Source of the DNA: Kudoa neothunni
Taxonomy: Eukaryota; Animalia; Cnidaria
NCBI GenBank assembly: GCA_964304625.1
Contig: OZ199839.1
Location: 3,826,670-3,890,669, forward strand
Reading direction: 5' to 3'
Length of the DNA: 64,000 nt
Positions 40,145 through 54,500 of the stretch are shown in pieces. Positions within the stretch are counted from its first letter, which is position 1; each line of letters starts with the position of its first letter. The notes under the pieces were generated by a model, which was not told where the DNA came from, did no database searches, and saw nothing but the letters and a program-made list of their open reading frames with translations. The position numbers and the translations under genes were made by a program.

Positions 40145-42090
40145 AAGTAATATGCTCCGAATTCATTCCTTCAATAGTTTATGATTATTGCAAAGCACAC
40201 GCTATATTGTGATTATCTCTAATGACGTAAAAGAATCATTCCTAATCCTTAGAATTTATCGTTTATGAAAGATAGGTTCCATTGATTTAATAATTTTCAT
40301 ACTGATATAAAAATTTGTCCTCTTAAATGTATCAGTAATAATAACATCCATTAGAATTAATTATAAAAATCAAGGGTTAAAGAATTACAATAATTTAAAA
40401 TATCTTCCAAAAACCTCGCTTTAAATTTTTTATTGTATACTTATTCGTTTGAATCATAAGAATAGATTTTGATATCGATTTTAAGACGATGGAAGCAATT
40501 AAAGTGATACTATGATAATTATATTACATACAAAAAATGTGACTTCATCCACATGAACTTTACTTTAACGAAAATATATTTGAATCCGCGTACGAAATGT
40601 ACAATTATTAAATTTAATTTTGAATTGTATCGAATAAAAATTCATAATCTATCAGAAGAATGAAAAGTATCTTCAACAAATCTAATCTTTATTTCGAATC
40701 GACAACACACTCTTTTGACGATTTTTTTTGAAAGAATTTAATAATTGATAACCAACCCTTTATTCAAAAATAATCTTGTTCGTATCAAATTTGATATGAT
40801 ATATTTTTACATTAAGATTCAAAAGGAGATATAACCCCAAAGAATGATCCGAACGGACAACTTTATTCATTTTCGCATCAGATTATAATAAAAGCCAAAG
40901 AGCTGAATTTTTAAATTAATCCTTTCAACCAAGCGCGCCCCAAATGCGCATGCGTCGATTGAGTTTTTTAGGCTACATATGAAATCAGTCTTAAACGCCG
41001 TTAATTATTCCTAAATTATTGTGACACTATTTAGAAGCAGTTTTTAATATAAATAAAAGAATCGATTCCTCGTTTTTTTGATGCAGGCACAAGACCACGC
41101 TTAAAAGTTCAAATTGAGTCAGTATGACAAACCCAGCGCATAAATTTCAACCTCAAAGTTTCTGAAAATGTTTAAATGATATTTGAAAAAATTTAATCTG
41201 CCCAAATGAATTTAATTAAAAAACAAAAGATGATGAAGAAACATTGGCGCAACTCGACGTTATTATTTAGGTATACTCGGATTGTTTAGGGAATAGATAT
41301 TAAACCGTGCATACATTTACTCTGATAGAGACTATTGGCACAGGAAATTTTAATCTCACTTAGGTATATACTTGCGCGAGAACATTTTTGATTATGGCAT
41401 CTCCTATTTACAAGTTATAGACAAATTTCATTCCTTAGAATTTGTCATATTTAATTATTCCTGACCTTCTCCTCCAATCTTAGAGCCAGAAACTATATAG
41501 TATAGTTCAAACTAATGACATCTGAATATTATTTACTGTGCCAATAACCACTTCTTAGAATAAATTAATAAAATTCATTTTAGCTATTAATTGCGCCAAG
41601 TTAGGTGAAGGATTAAATAAAATTCGTGTTACGATTGATTTTAAAATTCAATTATGAGAATAATAGCAATTTGTTTGAAGAAAAGGTAATTAAACGAATT
41701 TTTATTAGAATTATGTTTAATTTATGGAATCCTCATGAAAAAATGTCCAACTAATCGTTGATAGATCCCAATAAAATATTAATGATTTCACTGTTTAATA
41801 ACTTAAAAACATCCTTCTTATTCTAATTATTCTTACTGCATTAGATATGTGAAATGTAGAGTTATTTTACTTTTTTAAGCGTCATTATTTGTTGGATAAC
41901 GTACATTAGACTTTCCTCCTAAAATCTCATATAAAAATAATTTTATAAGCTCTGTTCAATAGTCACGATTTTTTTTCTATACAAATATATTTTAGTCATT
42001 ATTTAGAATTTAATTGCTAAATGAAGTAATTTTTCGTGGAAATATTTTGATATGAGTCGTTGACGTGTGATGTTTCGGAGTTTAAATAAA

Positions 42091-42891
42091 CTAGTGTCCA
42101 CAGTAATATAACGATTGGCAATAGTTCTCGGGGTCCAATCCAATAAGATCATGTATTGTCTTGATATTTTTGATCAAAAAGCCACATAAGTTCATTACAT
42201 AAATGCACTAAAGTTGTCTTACAATATTAATATAAATACATCTTTACAGCATTTCTCTCAACTTGTTCAGCTATGTTTCCGCATAGTGAACTCTCAAAGC
42301 TTTCATCAGTAAAAAGATCGAAAAGGCGTGATTTTTCGCCGTAAATTGATTCAATTAAAGTCTAGTAATTGTTAATCGGAAATTTATTTATATGAAATAC
42401 TTTACAAAGGCGACAATTTGGATCATGATCTATGTGATGATCTAATTGAATAACACTGATTAAAAAATTACATAAAACCGGGGAAAATATTTACCTGGTC
42501 CTCCTAGATATATTTGGTGAGCTGTTCTCTTCAAATTAACGTTAAACGTAACAGAAAAAAAATTCAAAATAGGGCACTAGAAATGAATAAATTTCAGGAT
42601 TTTTTGAAGGATGTTACCAAATGAGATAGCTCTCCGCATAATTTACTAGTTATATTGTGAAGGTCTTCTTTCATCATTTCTATAACTCCTCTTACGTAAA
42701 CCTTCCTGTTGAAGTTATCATAATTCTATCGACGGCGTATGTTAAACTTAAAAACTTGTGAAATATTCTTACATATGGATGAATAGCCTGAACGAGTGAG
42801 CTTGCACTATTTATTAATAAAGCTAAGTTCGAGTTTCAAAAGTCTATCATTTTAAAGGAGTACTGTGGCAGAAAATCAAAATAATCAGCAT
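42091..42891 (-). CDS. Secreted saposin-like protein (SAPLIP) 2, 7 exons, ~179 aa
   Basis: Hand-spliced: MLIILIFCHTLLINSASSLVQA...KLCGELSHL|CPIL...|DHHIDHDPNCRLCK|TLIESIYGEKSRLFDLFTDESFESSLCGNIAEQVERNA|CIYVMNLCGFLIKNIKTIHDLIGLDPENYCQSLYYCGH*. Intron phases match SAPLIP 1, and four exons have identical lengths. Confidence 0.82.
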
Positions 42892-43492
42892 CGTTCTTAT
42901 CCTTGTAATAGTTGGATTTACTATAAACTATTGTTTTATGCAGTCTATACCTAAAATAACTATTATGTCTCAAAATAATTATCAACAATTTTTTGCCTAC
43001 TGAATCATATCCAACGATACAATATGCAATGTAAAAAAAGAATATAAAATGTTTTCTAAGATAGTGTTTTTATATTGGGTTCTTAACAAATAATTCTTCA
43101 TATAATATGTGAAAATATATTTAGAAAAAATGCATTTGCGAATAAATGGTGACGAGTGAAATTATTTTTAACTTGTTTGATAATGTAAATATTTCTGACT
43201 GAATTAGAATATCTAATTATCTCAATTGTGTTATCTAAAAATGCCCAGTTGTATACAAAATAAATATTTTGAAATAAAGATGATAACCTTGACAAAGATA
43301 TAGTCGGGATGAATATTAAAAAAAGGGAAAATATTGACTCATTTCCATATTTGAAATTTTACAAAAGAGTTTTATCTTGATAGGCAAATCGTTTCACAAT
43401 TTGATATTATGTTTGTTATTATTAATACCTAATAAATAATGGCTCAAGTATTTTAACAAAAATCTTTTATATAGTAATTACTATTTTGCATA

Positions 43493-45380
43493 CAATGGGT
43501 GAGGGGTATTTGGCACCTCTTTTGCCTGGGTTAGATATTAAATCACCTGCAACACTTCAGTTTTGTAAAACAGGGCTGAGAAAAAATGTAAAAAGTGACA
43601 GTCTATTAAGGAAAAACATGACATCATCAAGTTTTCTTAACAGCAACCACCTAGAAATGCCAAAAACCAACATTATGAGGCATTTTAAAATTGCTTCAAT
43701 ATCAACGCTAAATGGAATTTTAGCAAAAAATCACAAATTATCAATATTTATGGTAGTGGCCCATTTAAAAAACAGAAGAACTCTTAAAACGGGAAATAAT
43801 GTTAAAATCGACAATTGTGGATACGAATGGATCACTTGGATGAGACAAAATAAATTGGAGCTTCTATCGCAAGCGATTATCGACCATCGTAATGAAATCG
43901 GCGAGGAATTCTGTAAAGATTCGAAAAATGTCAGTTACAGATGGTTTCGCGGCTTTAAAGATAAATTTAATCTTAGAAAATTTAAGTTTCATGAAAATGC
44001 TAGCATCGTGAATGATGGTGTTGTGTCTGGTTGGAAAACTCAATTAGAATCTATAATGAAGAATTAAGAAAAAAATCAAATCTTTATCTTGGATGAAACT
44101 GCCTTATTCTACCAACAACATCCAAGTAATAACTTTAAATTTGTTGGTGCTGTATATTGTTACCATTTAACTTAAACTAAGTTAATCAATATTGAGATGT
44201 GTGTTTATCATTTATTACTAAACAATTTTAATGTTAATATTTCAATTTTTAAAGTTTAATTGAGTGATAAGTCAGTTTATTATGATTTCTCGAAGAAATG
44301 AGATTTTGTAGATTCTGTTTAGGACGAAGTTATATTTTGTCTAACGAGTCAAATCCCAAATGTACCAAACGGTCAAAAACCGAATAACACTATTACTTGG
44401 GGATTCCTTAACTGGGGAAAAGCTTGAGCCAATAATCGTGGGTCATCATCGTCACCCAAAATGTTTTAAAAATTTAAAACAAAAACCGGCTCCTTATTAT
44501 TCAAATAAAAATGTTTGAATGACCGCTGAAATCTTTACCCAATATTTAATCAAACACAATCAAAAGTTCAAAATCAAAAATATGAATGTTTTTTTTTGTG
44601 GATAATGCGAACTGTAACCCTCCATTAAGTCTTTCCAACATTACCATTGTACTCCAACCGATGGATCAGGGTGTGATCCATTCGTTCAAGCCAATTTATA
44701 AGAAAAATATATCTTTCACGTCAAAAATGACATAAATATAAAGCCGATTGATCTTTTGGATGCGTTGGTGTTGATAAAGAAATCTTGGGAAAATGTCAAG
44801 CCGCAGACAATGTCAAATTGTTTTAAAAAGGTTGGCTTTATTCTCGAAGATACTAATTATATCTCCGATGATCTATCCAAAAAATTAATCGATGTTGACC
44901 AGACTTGCGATGAGTTTATTTCAAAACAGTCGTTTGATGAAGACGTTGGCACTGATCAGTTAGAATCCATCGTGTAGGAATTTTTGGTTAGAGTGTATCA
45001 ATATGACACAAGAAAATTCGGTGATTCTTTCAGAGTAATCTTCTGAAAATGAAGAAAAGTTGAAAATATATTGTATAATTCAAAGAGGCATTAAAATGTT
45101 TTGAATACCTAAAAGATTTTATTTTAAACAATATGGTTCTGAAGTTTGAGATTCCCTTCATCACCTTGAGTTAGAACTTTATAAAGCATCGAAAAAGGCA
45201 CGATTCAAGCAAAAATATTCTATTATTTTAGTAGTTCTAAGTAGATTTTAAATTATTAATAGACACTTGTTTTTAAAACGAACATGTGCGCATCGCTATG
45301 TGCTAAATAGCCAACATTGCTGACTATTTGACACTTTTTTCCCATTCCCCTGGCGATTACGTAATACTCGTCATCCATTG
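43493..45380 (+). mobile_element. pogo/Tigger transposon, transposase pseudogene
   Basis: TA-caatgg(g/a)tga TIRs; CENP-B HTH remnant 'WFRGFKDKFNL', 'LDETALFY', 'VDN' and 'LQPMDQGVI', with stops and frameshifts. Confidence 0.88.
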
Positions 45381-45429
45381 TAATATAAATCACTTTGGCT
45401 TAAAGCTCAGAACAGGTTGGTGAATTAGT

Positions 45430-46400
45430 TATTGATCGTTGCGTTTATTTGTCGCATAATAAATGCGAGTAAAGTTGAAATTTATCGTAGGTGTGTAGCG
45501 GCAAAAAACATGTATCAACTCAACCTAATTTACATTCTATTTTTAAAAGCCAAAATATAAACTCATAAGTTAATGCAAAATCCTTGGCTTTTCCCAACAT
45601 CCAAGAATCCTTCGAGTGAATCCAACGAGTATAATTAAAGACAAATAATATGCTTAAAATAGTGAATGTAGGTCAGGCAGTTCAATGAAAAATAATTGTA
45701 CGTTTTCAAACTAAAACATTATTTGCATCCCAAATTTTTTATTACCTCTCGAAGTATATAAGATGGATATCCTGAAACATTAGTGTTAAATTCATAATTT
45801 GTTCAAATTAGAATGCCTACAAAATAGAGGACTTTATAAGAGACATTCATTTTAAATAATCTGAAATAATTTTACTTATAGGAGTGAGAATAATTTTTGG
45901 TTACACCTAGATGAAAGTTTTACCTGTAATCAAATAAAAAACATTGGAAATTCACTCAGAACCCGTTGTAAATTGGTTTTTGATAAAAGATGAAGCAAAA
46001 ATGTTCTAATATACAGAATAATATTCGTATTCGTGGTGTAAAATGTCATTTTTACCACAAATACCTCACAAAATATCAAGACCGTTAATATACTTTTGGG
46101 TAGAGCTATATTAATGTTTGTAAAACATTAACGAGAATTAAAAATAAATGGTCGTCTCTCAGTTAGAATTTGTCAACAGATGTACCAACGACACATCAAA
46201 ATTATGGACAATTGTTTCCAATTAATAGATTATACCGGTGAGTTAATATAACAGTATTTACCCTCTTACATAGTTGACTTTACACTTTAAGACACAAATT
46301 ACGACTGTAAGGATTAATAACATTGAAATACATTTCTGAGAATTATATTTTTAATTAATTAAACTTTGTAATATCACTCGCGGCACATATGGGATTAAAA
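45430..46400 (+). mobile_element. Highly degraded IS630/Tc1-like relic
   Basis: Scattered motifs LHLDESF, MDNC and YLPSY in the expected order; boundaries are approximate. Confidence 0.4.
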
Positions 46401-48557
46401 TGTGGATGTTCGTCTAATCCTATATAATATACCGACCTGTTCTGCAGTTTAACCTCACGTTGTTTACGATGACACTATTTCAAATTTGTTAATGTTGTTC
46501 CAACATTAAAATCCACTAAAATTATTTTTGATGAGTTTAAAATAGATAAAAATCATTATAATATTGTTAAGTATTTTGAAAAAAAAATATTTAAACTATA
46601 ACGCCATGAATATGGAGATGCAATTTTTTCATTCAAAATTTTAACGCACACTTGGTACGAAGAGGTTAAGTATTCGGAGCATGTGCATTAGGGGCAACTC
46701 TAACAATTCAATCATTATTTATATGCTGTTATTTTCAAATAATATGCCTCACAGTATAAATATAAGAATGTATATACGTGAAAGAAATTTAAATGAATTA
46801 AAAAGCTGTACTATTGAAAAATTTTTAGATGAATATTTCGGAGTGCAGGTAAAATTCAGAACGATAAATATGGTTCAAACAAATTAATTTTATGGTGGAT
46901 TTTTAAACTAAATCTTTCCAAGGGGGTATTTGAAGTCTACTACATTCACGCAGGCGTCATATACAGGAATAGCCATAAGTTAGTACCCGCTGACCCCTAG
47001 GAATTGAAAGAATTTAATTATTACAACTTGCGAAATTTTTAAATTAATCTTGAATTTATTATTATATTATCTACTATCCTAATATATATAAATCTGATTT
47101 GTCCATGTTGAGTCAGCATGTACTCGTATGCGACAAAATTTTCTCCTTATGAAGATATATTATGGAATTTTTTAACCTCTCAATGTTTCAAAAATATTTA
47201 AATTGTTTTAACATTTCCAAATGTTTCCAGAAGTGTTTAGAAAATAGTGATTTGTCGATTCAAAGTTTGTTTATCGGATTACTTGAGTTCAACAATAGGA
47301 TTAACACCAGCTTGTGTTCTTCTGATGATCGGTTGAAGTTAACTTCCCCCTTATATGCTCCATTAAATGTTAACCAAATGACGTTATTTATCTGTATGTA
47401 TAAGGCTGGCGTGTCTGTTTGTGTGTTTGAACAAATACGCTCCTTATTTCAGGAGTTTAACGTATTTCATCTGATAAGCACACATTAAAAGATCTATTAT
47501 CGGTTTTACATATCATAAAGTCTATATTTTTTTCACGAATAACGAATGAATAATGCATACTATAATCAAATATATTGAAGAATTATAACACAAGCATTGT
47601 GACCGCAAATTTCAATGAAGTCTCCTGCTTAGTTTAACTTTCAGCGATTAAACTCCATGCAGGCGATTATACTTTTACTTCTTCCAATTAATCAAATTAT
47701 TTATGTTGAAGTTGGCGCAAATTGTAGCTGTTTATGAGGAAAAGTGCATTAAAGTTCCTATGGGGGGGGGGGGCAAAGGGATATTAGTTTGAGCGATAAA
47801 AATTAATTTTCGTATGTTTTTTATCTATGTATCTTTTTCTATTTTTTGTCTTTTTTAAACAGTGGGGTGCAGACTTTCTGAGCGGACCAGAATTCGGAGC
47901 CGAGCATTCCTCCCGACCAAAAAATAACTCTTTGGATAACATTTTAACGGAATTCAAACAACTCGGTAATGTACAAAATATAACATTGACATGAAATCAT
48001 TTGGTTTCGTTCCTAGGTCACATAATTGTTAATATATGGTGGGGATTGGAACACCCCCATATAGAAAATGATCATGATTTTAATTTCGCTGATTACAATC
48101 GTTAAAGTATAATGCTTCGAAAGGTTTTTAATTTGACTGTTTCTATTAATCAGTTTCAAACATTAATATATTTTGAGTGTTTTAAGAAAAATAGTCCAAA
48201 GTATTCCCAAACAAAACAGGGCAGTTCTCCTAGTCATGAACAAACATTAAAAATATGAAAACAACAAATTTTAGTTGCTTCTATTTTTTACGCGTTGCCA
48301 AAAATTAAACCTAGCTACGCCACAGCAGTTAATTAGTTAGAAATATACGCAATTCTCAGAAAAAAGTCAGATACAATTTTTAAATTAAATTTTAAGCATA
48401 TTTAAAAAAAATCTCCGATAACAGCATTGTTAACATCGCAGGACAACTTAAAAAGGTCAGATTTAAAACACGCGCGCACGCACAAATCCACCTTTTTTGT
48501 ATTGATTCTGTTGGGATGACAGGCGACTCCAAAAAAGGCTGTATATTCTATTTGAAT

Positions 48558-51500
48558 ATGGACGAAAGTGACGAAGATTCAGGTATCAATTAAGATAAAC
48601 TTTCGGTTTCTTAGTTACACGATCTTATGCTCTGCTTAATTGTCCTAATTAAATTTCGGAAATAATTGATACATAATTAATACCCGATTTCGTTTAGATT
48701 TCGAATTCATCCCTACAATTCCCCATTTACCAAAAGAACAAATTACTACACCACATATCGATTGGGATATGGTTAGAGAAGGTCAACAGGAGAAAAATGG
48801 TATTTACATTGTAGATTGATATGGGTGGGAATGCAGGTGTGAAAAAAGGGATGCATACTCTATAGTTTCAATATTTCAAGACACGCGAATTTTTTTAAGT
48901 GTATTTCTTAACAAATTTATTATAAATCATTTTTCAGACTTTAAGCTGTAAGAAAGATTGAGCGAAATTAATTTTGAGATTTCATTATTGTATTTTCCGG
49001 TACCTGTAAAATCATCACATGTGACATTTTATAAAATATGAATCATAATGTAGAAACTGGAAAGGGGGTTGAAGAGGATTTCAAAAAAATAAAAAAGTGT
49101 GTTATATTTATTGTATTTTGTATGTTTATCGAGTGGATGCAGATTTGAATTTTTAAAAGCCAAAAAACTTAACCCTTCGCACACATCCGAATATGAAAAA
49201 ACCTTGTCCAAACTAATGGCGGTTAGTGATTCCCTTCTCCCTTTCGAAAATATGAAAATTTTTTTCCCCAAAATGAAGTTCGCTGAAGGAGGAAGTTGTT
49301 ATGAATTTCTTTTGTTTTTCCTTCTTTCCAGCTATGAAGAAAATTCATCACAAACTGCAGACCCTAATATATCCTCCCCAAAAGGCTCGAAAATCCTGTT
49401 ACCTATGACTCCTTATTTGGAACGAACAGTAGATTTGTTCATACAGTATTGCCCAAATTCAGTTCCACCCAACTCTACGACATGCTCTAATGCCATCAAA
49501 TGGCTTATCCAGATGAATATAACTATGCTGGAGCGTTTTGATGCTATCTTCCATTTTAAAGATAATCTAACAGATCATCACGCATGTTCACTCTTTAAGG
49601 CAGTTATTCTATATGGGAGACTGCATGAAGTGGTTAACGCAGTGCGAGTTATTGAGTACTTCAGGGAAAAACAATCTCCCGAGGGTTCTCTTATAGATAA
49701 CGCAACCATAGTAATGAAGTTGATGTTGAGTGAACGTTGGTCCATTTTGGATCATTTGGTAGGCATCAAAGGTGTTGATTTTGTGAATGTTTGTCTGTTA
49801 CAAATGGCGAAATTAATTTACATACATCGCGCAACACTTACAGAAGATATGATTGGGAAGAAGATGCGTCAACTTCGAATGTAACCATCCCTAGATTTAT
49901 AATAATGTTGACTGCTTCGAATAAATTTTTTACTCACTTTTTTGGAAATGTGTATAAAAAACCTTTTAGCAACCTAGGAATGGCGTCAAAAACTTCTAAC
50001 TTTGTCAAATCGAGAAGGTTAGCAAAAATAGCACATTCTTACATGTCCAAGCATGATCTTCCCACTAGTAATTTATTTTTGTAGTCATTTAGGTCATGAT
50101 CCATTGTAACTCATTAAATATTAAACTATTCATTTAAATATGCTATTTTTACTTATAATTACATTAATTAAAATAAGAAAATAATGTCAAATTTTATTTT
50201 AAGACCTCTGATGTGTGTTATTTTCTATTTTCTCACTGTTGTATTTATAATGTAAAATACTGATATATTGCTAAAATATTAATGTAACATTGATTGTAAG
50301 TTCATATTTTGACATATTTAAATGTAATAATTTAAAATTATATTGAATTTTGTGTGTATGCCTATAATTATTTTACCAAATTAAGCTTTCAGTATAATGT
50401 AATTTCCTTTGTAGGATTGGGTGGGAAATTGTGGTCAAAATAGAAGTCAAATACTCATATTGGGAATTTGTACTGATAAAAATATATATTTTATAATATT
50501 CTTTTGATTTAATATTACGTTTTTGTATCTACTCTAAAAATAAATATTTCTATTTATTCAATTCATTAACGGTTAAATTTTTGTTAACTCTTTAAACCCC
50601 CAATTTAATTCAGCGACCGACAATCTTTTTTTCTCTTTATGTTTTAATTTGCATACGTTTCAATAAAATATCCAAAAATTGGAGCATTCATTTCAAAAAT
50701 TAAATATTTACACACATAGTGGCTTATAGCAACATTGGGCGTCACTGATATCATCGTACATGCTCATGCCTTTTTCTCCCTTTAAGCCTAACAAACCACT
50801 CATCAATAATTAGAAATAAAGTTATAAACTATTTATTACAATTTTGATAGTTCAAAAAACAGTTTTTATTTTTATTGAGACAAAAATAGATATTACACTC
50901 AATGCATATGGATATGCATATATGTTCAAATATACTTTCTTTGAAAAATTTATTGAATTAAGTAAAAGGTTCAAATATAATGTCTTAAACTTGTTAAAAA
51001 ATGCCAGTTTCTTGAATACTATTGTTCACTCCAGTTTTTGTTTTCAATGCCCAATTTAAACGGTAGTCACCTTCCTCATCATCACTAGGAAAGCGTTTGG
51101 ATATAAGTTCGTTACATTGGCGATACGAAATGGAACCCGATTTATTTGTAACGTCTGATTTTCTCACATCTGTAAATTTTACTAGTTGTTTTTAGGTCTA
51201 CCTTGTTTATCCTTTATTCGAATCCATTCCAAGGAATGTAAACACTTTTTAATCGAGAGCCCAAAGTTGTCAGTTGGCAACATCTATTACTTTAACCAGT
51301 AAAATTTGATATATTTTATTTATTGAATAAAATATCACTATCTGAGTGTAAAACAGGGGTCGGAACCTTTTTTGGCCAGAGAACCACAGAAGCCATACAT
51401 TTTTTAAAAACTAATTCCATGAGAGCCATACAACATGTTTTAGAACCAACAATAAAAGTACATGTGTATGTTTTATATAATTCCAACACTTTAAAGTAAA

Positions 51501-54500
51501 ACAAGTGATTAAATTCTTTTTAATAGTATTGTTACGCCATTTCTAATCAATGATGAAAATTTCGCATCATCAGTGGGACTTATGCTTTTGCATATGACGT
51601 TGTAGTGTGGTTGATTCGTGGTAAGATTAAGCTTCATGCAGGCGTTGAGACTTCACTCCGATAAACATGGCCGTAGTTTGGTCTTCATATCTTTTAGACT
51701 TAGAAAGACGGCTCACATGTATACGTAGAGCAAAACATTGTCCATTATAGTAACACCCGCAAGCTGCAATGTGTGATACAGCAAATAGCCGATTTTCCGT
51801 GGTGACCGTTTCGCATATTAGCAAAGAAGTTTAAGGAAGTATCTTTTTAAATTGAAAATTTGCCTGCAAGCCGAAAGAAGCTATCCAAAGAGCCACATCT
51901 GACTCGCTATTCATAGGTTCCCGACCTCTGGCGTAAAACTATATCCAAGAAAAATTTACCTCATTCAAGCATTAGGTGATAAATTAAAACTCTCTTTTCC
52001 TTTTATTTAATTTAAGAAATAATTCAAATAATCATTACAAAATTGTTATAAATCATATAAACGATATTTGATGGACTTATGGCATAATTAAACGCGCATA
52101 CTGTGCATGTGCAAAACCTAGTACAGATATCGAAAACTACTGAAACTTTCAGTGCTCGTACTAATTTGGGAAGAAGTAGTATCGGGATAACATCAAATAT
52201 TTTTATTTTGTTGATGTTGGCATAACACCGGATATTTATACTAAATTTTTTATCCAAATTATAAATTTATGAATTTATTTTATTTACAAATTTTTTTCTT
52301 CAATACAGTATTTTCGGATCAATGTTGAATCAGCGCGTGCACAAGAATCGAATAGATGTTTTATTATCTTTTAGTAGCATTGTTGGATGCAAAAACGCGT
52401 CAAATTGACGCATTTTTTGTTAACGGATTATTTTGGTTATTTGGCATCATTTAAATTTTAATTCATAAAAAAACAATTAAGTATAAATAAATTAATAAAT
52501 TGATTAATTGAGGTTTATTCTCTGGGTAAGTGCAATCGAATAATTTATCGAAGGAATGAATTCAATTATTTTTGTAATTTTTACAACTTTTTAATGGGGT
52601 TTTATTATATTTTGTTACATTGACGACTTCGCACATAAAATGTAACATCTTAAAATTAAATAATGTAAACTTTAGAATTGAAAATCTATTTTCATATATT
52701 TGATAATCCATCACCAAAAAATGGAATATAAACTTCAACATGATTAAGTGTTAGATATTTGTCTTTATTACGTTCGCTGGTTTTAGGTTGATCTTGAAAT
52801 AACGTGTAAGACCATATTAAGTTCATTCCCCAACTTTTAGAATTACTTCATATAATGATTAAAAATAAATCTATAATAACTTGAATATTTTATGAATATC
52901 TGAGTCACCTTCAAATTAGATTTTTGCCTCTGAGTGAAGAAAATGAATAAATTATCGGTTCTCATAAAATTTTTACTTAAGAAATTATTTTGAGAATCAT
53001 AAAAATGTCGGATCTACAATTAATGTAAAAAGAGTTTATCAATGGACTGATATAATAATGGCTAGATATATTTACGAAATTATATGCGTTGACATTAGAT
53101 TCACTCCAAATTCTTGTTGACAACTTTTGTAAAGAAGACATAGACAATTATATTGAAAAAGAATTACGCAGAGTATATCATTTGAGTTAGCTATACGAAA
53201 CGTTAGATTTGATGTGCTTTATATTGTAAAGATAGAAAATCAACAGCCGGACAATTATGTTATTGATTATAATATCTATGTGATTTATTTTATTCCAAAT
53301 TACTAACTATAACTCTGTTGATTCAGAACTGCATTCAGAATGATCATAAGTTGATCGAGTATCTTTTCCAGCGAATATATGCCAATAAACTTACGCATCT
53401 GGTTGGTCGTTGGACCCAACAGTATCAAGTTCAGTGTTATATCACTGTTAAAGATGGCGAGGAGTTGGTTCGTCTCAAGTACCCGCGCCAATTCGAATAT
53501 ACTATTTTGACATGTGATAGACGATTAAAAATTACAGACGAAGCATCAGACGAAACATCTGACAATCCAATCAACTTGTTCCGACTACCTTTCGACGAAG
53601 ATTCTGGAGATATTCATATGGTGAACAGTTGTGTTCACTTGGAGGATGTGTTGCCGAAAATTTTCAATGAAAAGTATGTCGGATTAGATATGGAATGGAC
53701 GTCAGGCAAAAATGGTGTTGTTGATCGCCCTGCTATTATTCAGTTAGCCAATTCGAAAGGGGTGTATTTAATTGACATGATCGAGTTGGCCGATGATGAC
53801 TATTATGAGAATAAACAATTGCAAGAATTTTTTCGCGGGTTTTTTATTAAAAAACAACCCACTGATAAACAACTAGACTATTCGATATTAGGTTAGTTTT
53901 CTGTGTTTGATACATAATTACTTATCCAATCAATAGGCTACGACATATCTAACGATCTTCTACTACTCAGAAATATCTTCCCTCTACTTTCTAAAATTAA
54001 TGCCACCGAGGATGAAGTATTTTCCAGATCCTTGTTTCTGGACTTACAAAAACTCGCCAATTCTGTAACTTTTTTGTTGATAATAAATAAATTTTAATGT
54101 TCCAAACTAAACTATTCAATAATTTCTTGTTCTATTTTTAATCAAACAACCACTATGATAATACCGATAAATCAAAGGTTGATTTCAACTAAAAATCACT
54201 ACTTTAAATAGGTTCTAGAACATCCCGAAGCACATCGCTATTTTCATCAAGATTATACTCATTACATGAATACTCATCGAGGACTTTCTTTGCTTGTGAA
54301 CAGACTTTTTGGAAAATGCTTAGACAAACAGCTACAATGTAGTAATTGGGGTTCCAGACCGTTATCCAATGATCAAATACTTTATTCTGGTATGAATTTG
54401 TTGCTTTTCATGTTTTTGATGAATACTGTATAGCATCGGATGCATACGTTTTACTTCCTGTAAATGAGAGACTAATGGAAATCGCTACCAACCTTAATAT

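Noticed and set aside
40120-40166. 'VFVYGT' gamma-glutamylcyclotransferase-like motif
   Set aside because: That frame hits a stop after splicing; the alternative frame gives the saposin signal peptide and matches the paralogue's intron phase.
41290-41600. Possible micro-exon gene between the two saposin genes (SGYWH|ISGSKIGGE|GDAIIKNVLAQ)
   Set aside because: It could not be extended to a start codon and has no saposin cysteines; too weak to call.
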